DNA of 32,316 nt from Nanobdellota archaeon (GCA_018901625.1 JAHIEM010000051.1:1-32316); one strand, 5' to 3'. Positions 1-10,207 are shown, counted from the first letter of the stretch. Notes: generated from the letters alone by a model not told the origin. Numbers and translations are program-made.

Positions 1-114
1 ATAAATATATTGGCGAGAGGTAAGGAACTTGCCTCGCTGGAGAAAGCTTCCAATACTGAACAATTAGTTCAGCAAGAAGTATCTATGAAGGCAGAAGCCA
101 TAACCTTAAAATGA
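1..114 (+). CDS. 3' end of a CDS truncated by the window edge, product unknown
   Basis: Frame 1 is open from base 1 to TGA at 112-114 (...LEKASNTEQLVQQEVSMKAEAITLK*). No recognisable motif. Confidence 0.25.
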   Translation: MNILARGKELASLEKASNTEQLVQQEVSMKAEAITLK

Positions 115-130
115 AAATTTTAGGTTATGG
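98..130 (+). terminator. Strong hairpin overlapping the stop codon of the truncated upstream CDS
   Basis: ccataacct(t)aaaat-gaaa-attttaggttatgg: 14 bp stem with one bulged T (107) and a GAAA loop (113-116). The function as terminator or RNA stabiliser is inferred only. Confidence 0.3.
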
Positions 131-290
131 TAGTTCACCAAGGTTCACTTTGCTTATTAATCATGTGTAATCTATAATGAAAATTATCTGTCATAGGGAT
201 AATTATGAAATTATTTGAAGATTAAACTAGGGTTAAATTGGGGGTTATTAGACTGGACTGCTGTGTGGAGGTTCACTAGAGCAGGTATTT

Positions 291-635
291 TCAATCATCA
301 AACCCCTCAAGCCCAAGACTAAGGAGTATTTTTCTAATCTCATTAATAGTTTGTTGTTGATATTTTTTGTCAGACATTCTCACAAATCTTATTAATAAAT
401 CAACTAATTTGGATTTATCCATTATTTTTAGCTTGTATCCATCTGTAATGAAATAAAATCTAAACCTTTTGTACTTTAATTCTTTTATAACAATTCCTCC
501 AACATTCCCAAGGGGTTTGCCCTTTTGAGGATTTTCTGCTAAAGAATACATCTGTTTAAAGATAATCTTAGACTCTTCTTTAAACTTTTTTAGAATTTCG
601 TCTTTTAAGATTTCTAAAATGATTACTTGGGCCAT
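291..635 (-). CDS. RelE/ParE-family type II toxin
   Basis: 114 aa. It has the ...NPQKGKPLGNVGGIVIKELKYKRFRFYFI... pattern typical of RelE/ParE toxins (NPxxGxPL ... basic-aromatic R-F-Y strand). It overlaps the upstream small ORF by 13 nt, the classic TA arrangement. Confidence 0.6.
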   Translation of the reverse strand: MAQVIILEILKDEILKKFKEESKIIFKQMYSLAENPQKGKPLGNVGGIVIKELKYKRFRFYFITDGYKLKIMDKSKLVDLLIRFVRMSDKKYQQQTINEIRKILLSLGLEGFDD

Positions 636-829
636 TTTTTTTCTGCTTCTGTTATGGCGTCTTCAATTGGGATAAATCCCTCCCCAGACATTAAGAAATT
701 TCTTAATTGCTCTTTAACAGCAAAAGAATAAATCCTCCTGAGGATATCATCGTAGCTTTCTCCCTTCATTCCAAACGAGGATATTTTATCCCTCATCTCC
801 TTGCTTAGCTGAATTGTTGTTATATCCAT
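623..829 (-). CDS. Putative antitoxin (ribbon-helix-helix/CopG-like) of the RelE-like toxin
   Basis: MDITTIQLSKEMRDKISSFGMKGESYDDILRRIYSF resembles archaeal RHH-type antitoxin N-termini. I chose the internal ATG at 829 (M32 of the 99-aa track ORF 623..922) because the first 31 aa look non-coding. The start is uncertain. Confidence 0.5.
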   Translation of the reverse strand: MDITTIQLSKEMRDKISSFGMKGESYDDILRRIYSFAVKEQLRNFLMSGEGFIPIEDAITEAEKKWPK

Positions 830-1048
830 AAATTTTTTATCCCTCATCCACTTTAGTCTATAGGTTCTATAGTGGCTATGGCTTATAAACTTTTCGGTCA
901 GACAGGTTGGCAGAATTAACAAACTAATCCAAATCAGTCATAATTGGTTTTCTTCCAACTCCCCTTCCAACCACATTCAGTGCAATTATACATATATTTT
1001 GTCATTATAGAACTAAAAGCCTGAAGTTTATATGGCTTTCCAGAAAGT

Positions 1049-1489
1049 TCAATCAGGATCAGAAATCATCTGAGCAGCTTGCAAGCTTGATGAAATCTCT
1101 TCAGACATAGCATGGAAAACTATTTGAGCTTGTTGAAGTTCCTGAGGAGACAAAGCTAGTTCTCTGCCAGCAGATTTTAGTGTTTTATAAATCTTCTCAG
1201 AATAATCTCTATCAAATGGAACTGTAGACTTAACACATGCTCTGTAAAATACAGGTCTTAATCTAGTTGCAATCACGCATAGTTCTGGATGTTCTTTTCT
1301 TCTATAATGCCCAGACATCCAGTCAACCTGCCCGAATAAATTCCCAAATCTATTAAGCTCTTCTCTTTCTCTATCTTCTAAATCTTTTCCATCAATTAGT
1401 TTCTGCAAGCCTGTTGCAACAGTTTGTAATTGTGAGCTGGCAGAAGATAGCTCAGCTTCTCGCTCCATATCAAGTATTGTTTCAGCCAT
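1049..1489 (-). CDS. Hypothetical helical protein
   Basis: 146-aa ORF with no competing ORF and no recognisable motif. Confidence 0.45.
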   Translation of the reverse strand: MAETILDMEREAELSSASSQLQTVATGLQKLIDGKDLEDREREELNRFGNLFGQVDWMSGHYRRKEHPELCVIATRLRPVFYRACVKSTVPFDRDYSEKIYKTLKSAGRELALSPQELQQAQIVFHAMSEEISSSLQAAQMISDPD

Positions 1490-1666
1490 ATTCTAAATAA
1501 TACTCTTGGGGTTTTAAATATAATTATGCTGAACAATACAAATCAAAGAATAATAACTCATCTCCCAAACCTAAAAATATAACAAATCACCCATCCAATT
1601 AATTTGCCTACACCTCAGCATTATCTCTCATCAATCAAGAACTAATTACCTACACTCTTTCCCAGC

Positions 1667-2488
1667 TCACTTAACTTTTATCTTTGACATTGGCTTAAAC
1701 TGCTGCCAAGCAAGTTCAAACATCTGTTCTAAAGCTTTTGCAAAAAATTCAGTATTAAGCCACACCCCAACATCATAGTTTGGATGAACTTTCTCATCAT
1801 CAATAAGCATGAACATCAGCTGTTCAGAATCAATTATTGCAAATCTAGCCTTGAACTCCTCAACCGCCCTCACCTCAGCAACCCTGCTTATCTCCTTAGC
1901 AATCTTCACATTAGCAGGAGTAATTGGAGCAGCAATTCTTATCTTCACACCTCGTTTTTTTGCTTTTTCAAAACTAGGCAATAATGCCTCAAGCTTTCTA
2001 TTCAAACCCTCAGCAGTTGTAACAAGGGTTATTGTCTTCTCAGCCTCTCTCACCATCATATCTAAATGATTATACATATTCTGTCTTCCCCTTAACGAGC
2101 CAGATAAATCAGAAGGTTCAACATATTTTATCCCCTGGGTAAACAAACTGCTTAACTCTCCTAAAACTTCATCGCCCTTCAGAGTCTCAAGCCTCTTTGA
2201 TTTATGCTGAGCCTCAACTACAAGATTTCGTTTAACTCTCTCAATAACTTCTTCGGGTTTCAAAGCCACGAATTTGATTGGCTTGCCTAACTTCAGAATA
2301 ATAAATCCTTTTTTCTCCAAACTCTCAAGAATATCATATGTTCTGGATCGGGGTACATCAGAAATATTGCTCAATTCGCCAGCAGTAGAAACCCCTCTTG
2401 AAAGCAGAGCAGTCCATACGCGAACCTCATATAAATTAAGGTCAAAGATTTTTCTCAACCTGCTTAAAAACTCTTCTCTCACTATCAT
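1667..2488 (-). CDS. TrmB-family transcriptional regulator
   Basis: N-terminal winged-helix signature LNLYEVRVWTALLSRGVSTAGELSNISDVPRSRTYDILESLEKKGFI plus a C-terminal TrmB-type effector domain of typical length (273 aa). Confidence 0.8.
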   Translation of the reverse strand: MIVREEFLSRLRKIFDLNLYEVRVWTALLSRGVSTAGELSNISDVPRSRTYDILESLEKKGFIILKLGKPIKFVALKPEEVIERVKRNLVVEAQHKSKRLETLKGDEVLGELSSLFTQGIKYVEPSDLSGSLRGRQNMYNHLDMMVREAEKTITLVTTAEGLNRKLEALLPSFEKAKKRGVKIRIAAPITPANVKIAKEISRVAEVRAVEEFKARFAIIDSEQLMFMLIDDEKVHPNYDVGVWLNTEFFAKALEQMFELAWQQFKPMSKIKVK

Positions 2489-2678
2489 TTTTTGTTTTTT
2501 ACAGGAAACCTCATTTCGCCTCTTTTTAATGACGCGAAGATTATTAGGACTCTATAGTCACTAATTTCCTGTTATTAGGATTAAATCACAAGTGCTATTT
2601 AAACCTTTTCTTTCTCCAATTTTTTAATTCACCCCCCACCAACAGCAAAATAATTAATGTCCCGCAACATATACTTTT

Positions 2679-5480
2679 TTATTTAGTCTTTTCAAAATAT
2701 ATTTCAAAATCAATATCTTTAACTTTGACACTTAAAATATTTTTCAGTTTGCCCTTTTTCTCGTCGGAGATTTCAGAAATATCTATTTTCTTGCTCCCTG
2801 TCCTGTCAGCTATAAACTTTTTCTGCAAAGAAATTTTGCTGACAAATTCTGGTTTTGTAAGAACTAAAAGAGTTATACTGTCAGTTTTCACTAGCCCTTG
2901 CTTTTTTCTCTCAGCCTGAACAGCTCTAGAAACCTCTCTAGCATAACCCTCAATTTCCAGTTCATCAGTCATCTTTGTATCAAGCCTGACTTCTATTTCC
3001 TTCTTTTCTTTGCTGTTTCTTATGCAAACTTTTTTCACATTCAATTGTCTTGCAATTATCTCCTTCAGCTCATCTTCAAGATTAAAATTTGCAGTTATTT
3101 CTGCGCTTGCAAGAGGCCATTTCAATCCAATATGCGCAATATCTCTCTCGCGCAACCCAATCTCAATAACTTTCATCACCTTCTTGAAACCCTCCTCGAG
3201 TTTTTTGTTAATTTTCTTCCCATCTGCTTTTGGCCACGAAGACAAGTGAACTGAATTCTTGCCAAAGTCATGATGAATCACCTCAGTTATATTAGGGGCA
3301 TACGGGGCAAGCATCCTGGAAACATTATCAAGTATCTCTCCAATAACCTTCTTTACATTCTTGTCATCTCTTTCCCGTATAATCTTTATATACTTCTTTG
3401 AAAAATCATTAACAACAAAATCCATCAGAGGATAAATTGCTTTTTCAATCTGATAAGAATTAAGATTCTCTGTAGCTTCTTTTAACACAGAATTCATTCT
3501 GGAAATAATCCACCTGTCCTCTATTCTTTCTTTACCTGCCCCAGAATTCTCAATCTGCTGATAAAATTGATATGTATTCCACAAAACATTCAAGAATGGC
3601 AGAACCTCTTCCCTAACTAAGTTGATTCCAAATCTCTTGCTAGCCCCAATATCAACAGTGCAGAACTGTAGTCTATTAGCATCAACCCCGATCTCATCTA
3701 AAACCTTGTCAGGGGCAAGCATATTCCCCTTTGATTTGGACATCTTCTCCCCGTTCTCATCTACAATATGCCCTGCGCAGATGACATTCTTGTAAGCAAC
3801 ATCATTAAACAGCAAAGCACCTAGGACATGAAGAGTGTAAAACCATCCTCGAGTTTGGTCTATAGCCTCAGAAATAAAATCATAAGGAAACCTCTTCTCA
3901 AATTCTTTCTTGTTCTCAAAAGGATAATGGAACTGTGCAAATGAAGCAGACCCAGAATCATACCAGCAGTCAATAACCTCAGAAACTCTTGACATATCTT
4001 TTCCGCATTTACACTTCAACTTAATACTGTCAATCCAAGGCTTATGCAAATCAATCTCCTTGTCAGAGATTTTTTTAACAGCCTGCTTCTTCATCTCTTC
4101 AATGCTTCCAATAACTTCTTCATTTCCGCAATCACACCTCCAGATGGGGAGAGGAGTTCCCCAGAACTTATTTCTTGATAATGCCCAGTCTTTTGCATTA
4201 GCAAGCCACTCGCCAAATCTTCCTTCTTTAATATGCTTGGGAGTCCAGTTTATTTTTTCATTAAGTTTAATCAGCTTTTCTCTATAATCTGAGACTCTAA
4301 TAAACCAGGACTTTATAGCATAATACATTAATGGAGATTTGCAGCGCCAGCAGAAAGGATAATCATGCTCATACATAATTCTCTTAAATAATTTGCCCTC
4401 ATCTTCAAGCCTTGCAATAATCTCTTTGTCAGTATCTTTAATAAATTTGCCTTCATAATCTGGAACTTCATCAGTAAATCTCCCAGTCCCATCAACAGGC
4501 TGGATAAAATCAAGCTTATTCATCTTGCACGCATCATAATCAACTTCTCCAAATGCAGGCGCCATGTGAACTAGCCCAGTTCCCTCTTCAGTTGTCACAA
4601 AATCTCCAGATATAACTCTGAACCCTTTCTTGTCTTTGAAATACTGGAAAAGAGGCTCGTACTCTAATCCAACAAGCTGTTTTCCTTTTACAGTCTTTAT
4701 TATCTCTGGCTCCTTGAAGAATTTTTCAGCAAGCTCTTTTGCAACTATATAAGTGAATCCATCCTTCTTGACATAAGCATAATCAATCTTCTCATTGACA
4801 GCAATTCCAATATTCGCTGGCAAAGTCCATGGAGTCGTAGTCCACACGAGAAGGAATTCATTCTTACTCTTGAATTTAACAACAACTGTCTCTTCTTTTA
4901 TTTTTTCATACCCCTGCGCTACTTCATGGCTTGACAATGGCGTCTCGCATCTAGGGCAGAAAGGAACAACCTTATGCGCCTCATACAACAGTTTCTTTTC
5001 GTAAAGCTGTTTCAAGCTCCACCAAACACTTTCTATATAGCTGTTGTCTAAAGTTGCGTATCTATTCTCTAAATCTATCCAGTATCCAATCCTCTCAGTT
5101 GACTTTTCCCAGTCTTTAATGTAAGAAAAAACAGACTCTTTTGCGAGCTTTATGAACTTGCCTGCCCCGAATTTTTCAATTTCCTTTTTCGAGTTCAGGC
5201 CAAGTTTCTTTTCAATCTGAACCTCAACAGGCAGCCCGTGGCAGTCCCACCCCGCCTTTCTTGGCACATTAAATCCTTTCATATATCTAAACTTATTTAT
5301 AATGTCCTTGAAAGTTCTAACCTCTAAATGATGAAGTCCGGGAGGCGCATTCGCAGTTGGAGGCCCTTCAAGAAAACTGAATAATTTTTTCCTCTTCTTA
5401 TCATTAGAAACTGCCTTTTCTATATCTTTCTTGCTTACAAGTTTTCTTGCCTCTTCCTCAATCTTCTTAAAATCATACAT
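2679..5480 (-). CDS. ileS: Isoleucyl-tRNA synthetase
   Basis: 933 aa class Ia aaRS. It has the GPPTANAPPGLHH HIGH-region variant, GWDCHGLPVE, the YIESVWWSLKQL...VVPFCPRCETPLSSHEV editing-domain entry typical of IleRS, and KMSKSKGN. Confidence 0.9.
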   Translation of the reverse strand: MYDFKKIEEEARKLVSKKDIEKAVSNDKKRKKLFSFLEGPPTANAPPGLHHLEVRTFKDIINKFRYMKGFNVPRKAGWDCHGLPVEVQIEKKLGLNSKKEIEKFGAGKFIKLAKESVFSYIKDWEKSTERIGYWIDLENRYATLDNSYIESVWWSLKQLYEKKLLYEAHKVVPFCPRCETPLSSHEVAQGYEKIKEETVVVKFKSKNEFLLVWTTTPWTLPANIGIAVNEKIDYAYVKKDGFTYIVAKELAEKFFKEPEIIKTVKGKQLVGLEYEPLFQYFKDKKGFRVISGDFVTTEEGTGLVHMAPAFGEVDYDACKMNKLDFIQPVDGTGRFTDEVPDYEGKFIKDTDKEIIARLEDEGKLFKRIMYEHDYPFCWRCKSPLMYYAIKSWFIRVSDYREKLIKLNEKINWTPKHIKEGRFGEWLANAKDWALSRNKFWGTPLPIWRCDCGNEEVIGSIEEMKKQAVKKISDKEIDLHKPWIDSIKLKCKCGKDMSRVSEVIDCWYDSGSASFAQFHYPFENKKEFEKRFPYDFISEAIDQTRGWFYTLHVLGALLFNDVAYKNVICAGHIVDENGEKMSKSKGNMLAPDKVLDEIGVDANRLQFCTVDIGASKRFGINLVREEVLPFLNVLWNTYQFYQQIENSGAGKERIEDRWIISRMNSVLKEATENLNSYQIEKAIYPLMDFVVNDFSKKYIKIIRERDDKNVKKVIGEILDNVSRMLAPYAPNITEVIHHDFGKNSVHLSSWPKADGKKINKKLEEGFKKVMKVIEIGLRERDIAHIGLKWPLASAEITANFNLEDELKEIIARQLNVKKVCIRNSKEKKEIEVRLDTKMTDELEIEGYAREVSRAVQAERKKQGLVKTDSITLLVLTKPEFVSKISLQKKFIADRTGSKKIDISEISDEKKGKLKNILSVKVKDIDFEIYFEKTK

Positions 5481-5503
5481 CTTATATAAACTTGAATCCT
5501 GAT

Positions 5504-7075
5504 TTAAATACCTTTTCTTGCCCTATTTAGGTAATATCTAAACCCCTTTGTCAGAGCTTCAATAGCAGACTGGATTATATTGCTGTCAACTCCAACTGTC
5601 TGGAACTTTTCCCCGTCACAAAAGCTTATCACTGTCCTTACTGTGCTCTCTTCCCTATGGCTCCTGGCTATTCCAACATGAAAGTCAAGTAAATTCAGTT
5701 TTTTAATCTGGGGATATCTCTTCTCGAGCAGAGCAGAAATTGTCTTATATGCTGCATCAACAGGCCCTCCCTCAAGCTCAATGCTTCCCTCAAATGAATT
5801 CCCATTAATTCTGCACATGGCATAAAACTTGCTCCTTTCAGAATTTCCCTCTTTTTCTGTCTCAACTTTCCACCTCTCTATCTCAAAACAATTGTCTAGT
5901 TCTCCAAAATATTTCTCAATCAGTAAAAATTGCTCTGCTTTGACTGTTCCTGCTCTATAACCTCTTCTCTCCATCATCTCAAGCTCCTCAAATAATCTTT
6001 CAATCTTCTCTTTAATTCCAAAATCATTCTTATCTAGCAAATATCCAAACTCTCTGGCAGTACTAATTACTCCGCTTCTTCCCCCCAGAGTATTAAGAAA
6101 TGCAAGCCTCCTGTTCCCAACATCCTCAGGAACAATGTGCTCATAGCTTGCGCCTTTATTTGTGGCGTCTATATGAACTCCCCCCTTATGCGCAAATGCG
6201 CTATCTCCAACAAATGCCCTGCTGTCAGGAATATCCATTCCACTCAGCCTATATGCTTCTTCATTAAGCTCTTTCAACATCTTCAGATTAATCCTAGTTT
6301 TCTCGCCTAATTTTTTCATATAAACCGGAATAAACTCAGAAAGATTCAAGTTTCCCACTCTCTCACCAGTTCCGTTAATTGTTCCCTGCACCTGGCAGAT
6401 ATAATTCAAGCTCGCAAGTGTATTTGCAAGAGCCAGCCCGCAGTCATTGTGAAAATGAACTCCCATGTTTGGTTCTAATTTCATTTCAACCAGCTTTTTT
6501 TTAGTTTCTTCAACAATCTCTCTTGCTTCTTCAGGAAGAATTCCCCCATTTGTATCACAGAGTATTATTCTCTCAGCGCCCGCGTTTATTGCAGCTTCCA
6601 AAGTTTTTATTGCATAATCTTTATGTTTCTTGAATGCATCAAAAAAGTGCTCTGCATCATAGAAAACACGAATCCCTCTTGCTCTCAAAAACTCTATGCT
6701 CCTGGCAATCCTCACTAGATTCTCTTCTGCACTAAGCCTTAATTGCCTCTCAACATGCTCTAAATCAGTTTTTCCGAATATGCAAGCATAACCTGCCCCT
6801 GATTTAATAATTGAATCAAGATTCTTGTCCTGCTCAGGATTTTCAACTAAAGAAGTTGAGCCAAATGCAACAATCTTTGATTTCTGAACTATCTTCCTGC
6901 TCTGTTTTATTGCCTCAACAACCTCTTCTGAGACAATAGGCCAGCCAATCTCAATATAATCAACTCCAAACTCATCAAGTTTTTTAACAAGTTCCAGCCT
7001 GCTTTCAAGGCTAAAACTAGCTCCAGCTGCCTGTTCCCCTTCCCTTAATGTGCAGTCATAAATCTCTAAGCTCAT
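5504..7075 (-). CDS. Citramalate synthase / 2-isopropylmalate synthase family (HMGL-like plus LeuA-type C-terminal domain)
   Basis: LEIYDCTLREGEQ active-site motif, HFHNDCGLALANT metal site, and a C-terminal regulatory-type domain. The start is set at ATG 7075 (MSLEIYD...); the track ORF extends to 7108. Confidence 0.8.
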   Translation of the reverse strand: MSLEIYDCTLREGEQAAGASFSLESRLELVKKLDEFGVDYIEIGWPIVSEEVVEAIKQSRKIVQKSKIVAFGSTSLVENPEQDKNLDSIIKSGAGYACIFGKTDLEHVERQLRLSAEENLVRIARSIEFLRARGIRVFYDAEHFFDAFKKHKDYAIKTLEAAINAGAERIILCDTNGGILPEEAREIVEETKKKLVEMKLEPNMGVHFHNDCGLALANTLASLNYICQVQGTINGTGERVGNLNLSEFIPVYMKKLGEKTRINLKMLKELNEEAYRLSGMDIPDSRAFVGDSAFAHKGGVHIDATNKGASYEHIVPEDVGNRRLAFLNTLGGRSGVISTAREFGYLLDKNDFGIKEKIERLFEELEMMERRGYRAGTVKAEQFLLIEKYFGELDNCFEIERWKVETEKEGNSERSKFYAMCRINGNSFEGSIELEGGPVDAAYKTISALLEKRYPQIKKLNLLDFHVGIARSHREESTVRTVISFCDGEKFQTVGVDSNIIQSAIEALTKGFRYYLNRARKGI

Positions 7076-7260
7076 AAGAAGTTGCAGCAACCAGTTTAGT
7101 GGTTGCAATCAAATAATAACTATCATGCAAGCTATGTTCAACATTCTAGAACCAAAACTCTTGTTCATAGCCATGATTATGCAATGAGGATTGCGTATTT
7201 AAATTTATCGCAAAAAAGTTAAATTTAGAGAGGATTATTAATAATCATATAACATAATTC

Positions 7261-7929
7261 TCACTCATATACGATTATCCCCTTATCAGTTACCTCAAAG
7301 AGATTATGCCCCCTTGAATGAGATGTCTGCCTCATCTTTACTATCTTAAACATGCGATCAGTCTCTTCATCCTCTCCAGAAGAGTAAAACTGAATAATTC
7401 CGTCTGCAAGTGATTTAAGAAGCATCAAACCATTATTTTTCTCACTCTCGCCATGCGACATCAGCACACTCACTCCAGATTTTTTAATGCAGGAAACTAG
7501 GTCTATTACAAACTCACGCACCTCAATCTCTTTTTCAGAATTAACTAATTCTAGACAGTCAATACAGGCTCTTTTCACACCAGGTTTGGAAATCAGCTCG
7601 TGAATCTCCTCTCTTATACTCTTCAAGCTCTTCTTAGGAGAAATTGCAACTAATCTAACTTTATCACTTGATTCTAATTTAGCAATATCCCACCCAAAAG
7701 AACCAGCATCTTCCCGAATTTCTCTAGTCTCCTGTCCGAGGCTAATAAATACTCCTTTCTCGCCATGAACACCTGCCCCAGTATAAATAAACTGAAGCAT
7801 GAATGTAGTCTTGCCAGTTCCAGCTTCCCCACTAATTAGATTAACACTCCCCTGCTTAAATCCTCCCTCGCATAATTCATCAAAACCAGAGATTCCACTA
7901 GCTATTCTCTCTCCATCACCCTTTTTCAT
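7261..7929 (-). CDS. KaiC/RadA-like RecA-superfamily ATPase (single domain)
   Basis: SGISGFDELCEGGFKQGSVNLISGEAGTGKTTFMLQF: Walker A in the typical KaiC-domain context; 222 aa. Confidence 0.7.
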   Translation of the reverse strand: MKKGDGERIASGISGFDELCEGGFKQGSVNLISGEAGTGKTTFMLQFIYTGAGVHGEKGVFISLGQETREIREDAGSFGWDIAKLESSDKVRLVAISPKKSLKSIREEIHELISKPGVKRACIDCLELVNSEKEIEVREFVIDLVSCIKKSGVSVLMSHGESEKNNGLMLLKSLADGIIQFYSSGEDEETDRMFKIVKMRQTSHSRGHNLFEVTDKGIIVYE

Positions 7930-7969
7930 GTACTCCTAAGTTATTTCTGGTTTTTAAAACTTGCCACTT

Positions 7970-8683
7970 CTACAAATTAGCAAGTTCAGCCAGAGCGGTT
8001 TTTTCCATCTCGTGCAAATTAGAGGGAATGATTAAGCAAAATGGTCTCTCTATGTCTTCAGGCAAGTTGTCTAATCTCTCATAATAAATCTTCTTCTTAT
8101 CAGTCCCCATACTAGAGCACACAAGTATCTTGTCAAGAAAAACTTTTTTATTCCCGCACGCTGTTCTTAACTCCTCTCTGGCTTTCTTAAAATCAAGCCC
8201 AATATCCACAAGCAACAAAGTGTGCGCCTTAATCTTCAAATTATCCCTAATTATCTCTGCAAAACTATCCGGAGTAAAATTCTCCTGCCATTTAGGAAGC
8301 GAGGCAGTCTTGCCAAACTTGTACATCTGCAGTCCTGTCTCAGAAATTGCATTAAAAATACCAGCATTATGAATTATCTTATATTTTATCTCTTCCTTCT
8401 CGCATCTCAGAACAAGCGAGATATGAGTAGTTGCCGCGAGTACGTCGCCATAAACAAGAAGAGCAATATCTTTCTTTCTAGCTTCAAGAACAAATTCTTC
8501 TTTTTCCACAAATTCTCTTCCAACCTCTTCAAACTCCCCAGTCTCCTCTCTTAATTCTTCAAGAGTATAAGGAAAATCAACTGTGTAGTTTTCTAAGTAA
8601 ATCTTCTTGCACTTTTTCAAAGCAGAGAGAGCTTCCCGAGTAAGTGAGTTCAAATTCAAACCTAATCCAATCAGATAAAACAT
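7970..8683 (-). CDS. dphB: Diphthine synthase (tetrapyrrole-methylase fold)
   Basis: MFYLIGLGLNL...IYLENYT N-terminus and overall length (237 aa) match archaeal/eukaryotic Dph5. Confidence 0.85.
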   Translation of the reverse strand: MFYLIGLGLNLNSLTREALSALKKCKKIYLENYTVDFPYTLEELREETGEFEEVGREFVEKEEFVLEARKKDIALLVYGDVLAATTHISLVLRCEKEEIKYKIIHNAGIFNAISETGLQMYKFGKTASLPKWQENFTPDSFAEIIRDNLKIKAHTLLLVDIGLDFKKAREELRTACGNKKVFLDKILVCSSMGTDKKKIYYERLDNLPEDIERPFCLIIPSNLHEMEKTALAELANL

Positions 8684-8713
8684 AAAATCACAAGAAGAAT
8701 ATGATTAATAAAA

Positions 8714-8926
8714 CTAACTATCCTTAATCTTGGAGATTAAGCTTTTCTTTTTTCCTCTCCGGATATCCAGCTTAATCTCCTCTTTCCACATATTTCTCAG
8801 GTCTGCAGATAAGCTGCAGCACACCCATGCTCCAAAAATATAAGAAATTGCTGCAGCACCAATAGCATAATATTTATCAAACTCAATAAAATGCTGTCTT
8901 GCCTGCTCAAAAAATTCATACACCAT
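8714..8926 (-). CDS. Small membrane protein (hypothetical)
   Basis: 70 aa with one hydrophobic segment (YYAIGAAAISYIFGAWVCC) and a basic tail. Confidence 0.4.
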   Translation of the reverse strand: MVYEFFEQARQHFIEFDKYYAIGAAAISYIFGAWVCCSLSADLRNMWKEEIKLDIRRGKKKSLISKIKDS

Positions 8927-8928
8927 TT

Positions 8929-9180
8929 TTATTTTACAAACTTCTTATCAAAGCTTTTATGCACAGAAATTAGAGAAACAATGCAGATATATGCCAGAGT
9001 TAAGATTACTGAAAAATCCCTATAAAACACAAGCAATCCCAAAATTAAGCCTGCACTCAACCAAGAAATTAATTTAAACCACCTTCTCCCATTAACAAGC
9101 TCCTCCTTGCATAGATAGGCTAGCAAGTATCCAACTGGGAATGATGTTGCAAGCATTAATGCTATTATTAATACAATCAT
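8929..9180 (-). CDS. Small multi-pass membrane protein (hypothetical)
   Basis: 83 aa with three hydrophobic segments, 2 nt upstream of the next ORF. Confidence 0.45.
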   Translation of the reverse strand: MIVLIIALMLATSFPVGYLLAYLCKEELVNGRRWFKLISWLSAGLILGLLVFYRDFSVILTLAYICIVSLISVHKSFDKKFVK

Positions 9181-9244
9181 TATTTATCAAACAGGATTGA
9201 GTTTAAAAGATTTTGCAATTGAAAAGAGAGCTGACAAAAGCATA

Positions 9245-9670
9245 TTATCTTCTTCTGCCTAATTCATAAACTTCTTTTGGATGGGGGTCATCTGGATGTT
9301 CAACTCTCTTCCTGCTTCCAATTTTAATTTTCTTTGGCTTTGTATCTCTAACCCTCTTTAAGGACATTTCTGGCGGTCCTAACAAGTAATCAGTAAGAAA
9401 GCATAATCCTCCAAATGCAAAAATTCCCCCGCTAATCATTGTTGATGTAAGATAAAAACCAGCTTCTCTTCCTCTTTTAAGAGATTCTTCTGATATTTGA
9501 ACAGCTTGTGGTTTTTTTAACTGCTCAGCTATTTCTACAGGATTATATTCAGATAATTTTAAGAAATTTGAAAGAGCATTATAACCAGAATAAAGGGCAG
9601 CTGCCCCTGAAATAAGCCATCCTGCAAAACCAAGTTTTTTAATCAAGCCCATGGTTATATTTTTAAACAC
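9245..9670 (-). CDS. Membrane protein (hypothetical)
   Basis: 141 aa with two hydrophobic segments and a basic C-terminal tail. Confidence 0.5.
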   Translation of the reverse strand: MFKNITMGLIKKLGFAGWLISGAAALYSGYNALSNFLKLSEYNPVEIAEQLKKPQAVQISEESLKRGREAGFYLTSTMISGGIFAFGGLCFLTDYLLGPPEMSLKRVRDTKPKKIKIGSRKRVEHPDDPHPKEVYELGRRR

Positions 9671-9688
9671 TTGAAGTATTTAATTTTT

Positions 9689-10207
9689 ATGGAAAATAAA
9701 AATATGGTTGAATCAATAAAATCAGGGAAAATATTTATTTATCCAACAGACACAATTTATGGAATTGGCTGTGATGCAACAAATAAGCAGGCAGTTGAAA
9801 AAATAAGGCAGATTAAAAATAGAGACAGCAAGCCATTTTCAGTTATTGCTCCAAGTTTTGACTGGATTTATGAAAATTGTATTGTTGATTGTGATTTAGA
9901 AAAATATCTTCCAGGACATTACACAATAATTTTAAAAAAGAAAAATCCAGATTTTTTAAAATGGATTTCTGATAATGATACAATTGGAGTGAGAATTCCT
10001 GCTCACGAGTTTGTTGAGAATATCAAAGAAGCTGATGTGCCGTTTATAACAACTTCTGTTAATTTATCAGGAGAGAAGTTTGCAACTTGCATAGAAGAAG
10101 TTAATAAAGAGATTTTAAATAAAGTTGATGTTATCGTTGATTCTGGGAAGTTAGACGGACAGCCATCTACTTTGATTTTAGATGGAAAAGAGGTAGAAAG
10201 AAAGTGA
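9689..10207 (+). CDS. YrdC/Sua5-family L-threonylcarbamoyladenylate synthase (YrdC domain only)
   Basis: IYPTDTIYGIGCDA, GVRIP and ITTSVNLSGE motifs. The track starts at TTG 9671; I prefer ATG 9689. Confidence 0.8.
   Translation: MENKNMVESIKSGKIFIYPTDTIYGIGCDATNKQAVEKIRQIKNRDSKPFSVIAPSFDWIYENCIVDCDLEKYLPGHYTIILKKKNPDFLKWISDNDTIGVRIPAHEFVENIKEADVPFITTSVNLSGEKFATCIEEVNKEILNKVDVIVDSGKLDGQPSTLILDGKEVERK

Noticed and set aside
130-290. ggttcac recurring three times (about 135, 143 and 273) as a possible operator or repeat
   Set aside because: It is only a 7-mer with irregular spacing in a short region, which is insufficient to distinguish from chance.
2679-5480. Alternative assignment of the class Ia synthetase as ValRS or LeuRS
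   Set aside because: GWDCHGLPVE, the YIESVWW...CPRCETPLS segment and the PPTAN-type HIGH region fit IleRS rather than ValRS or LeuRS signatures.
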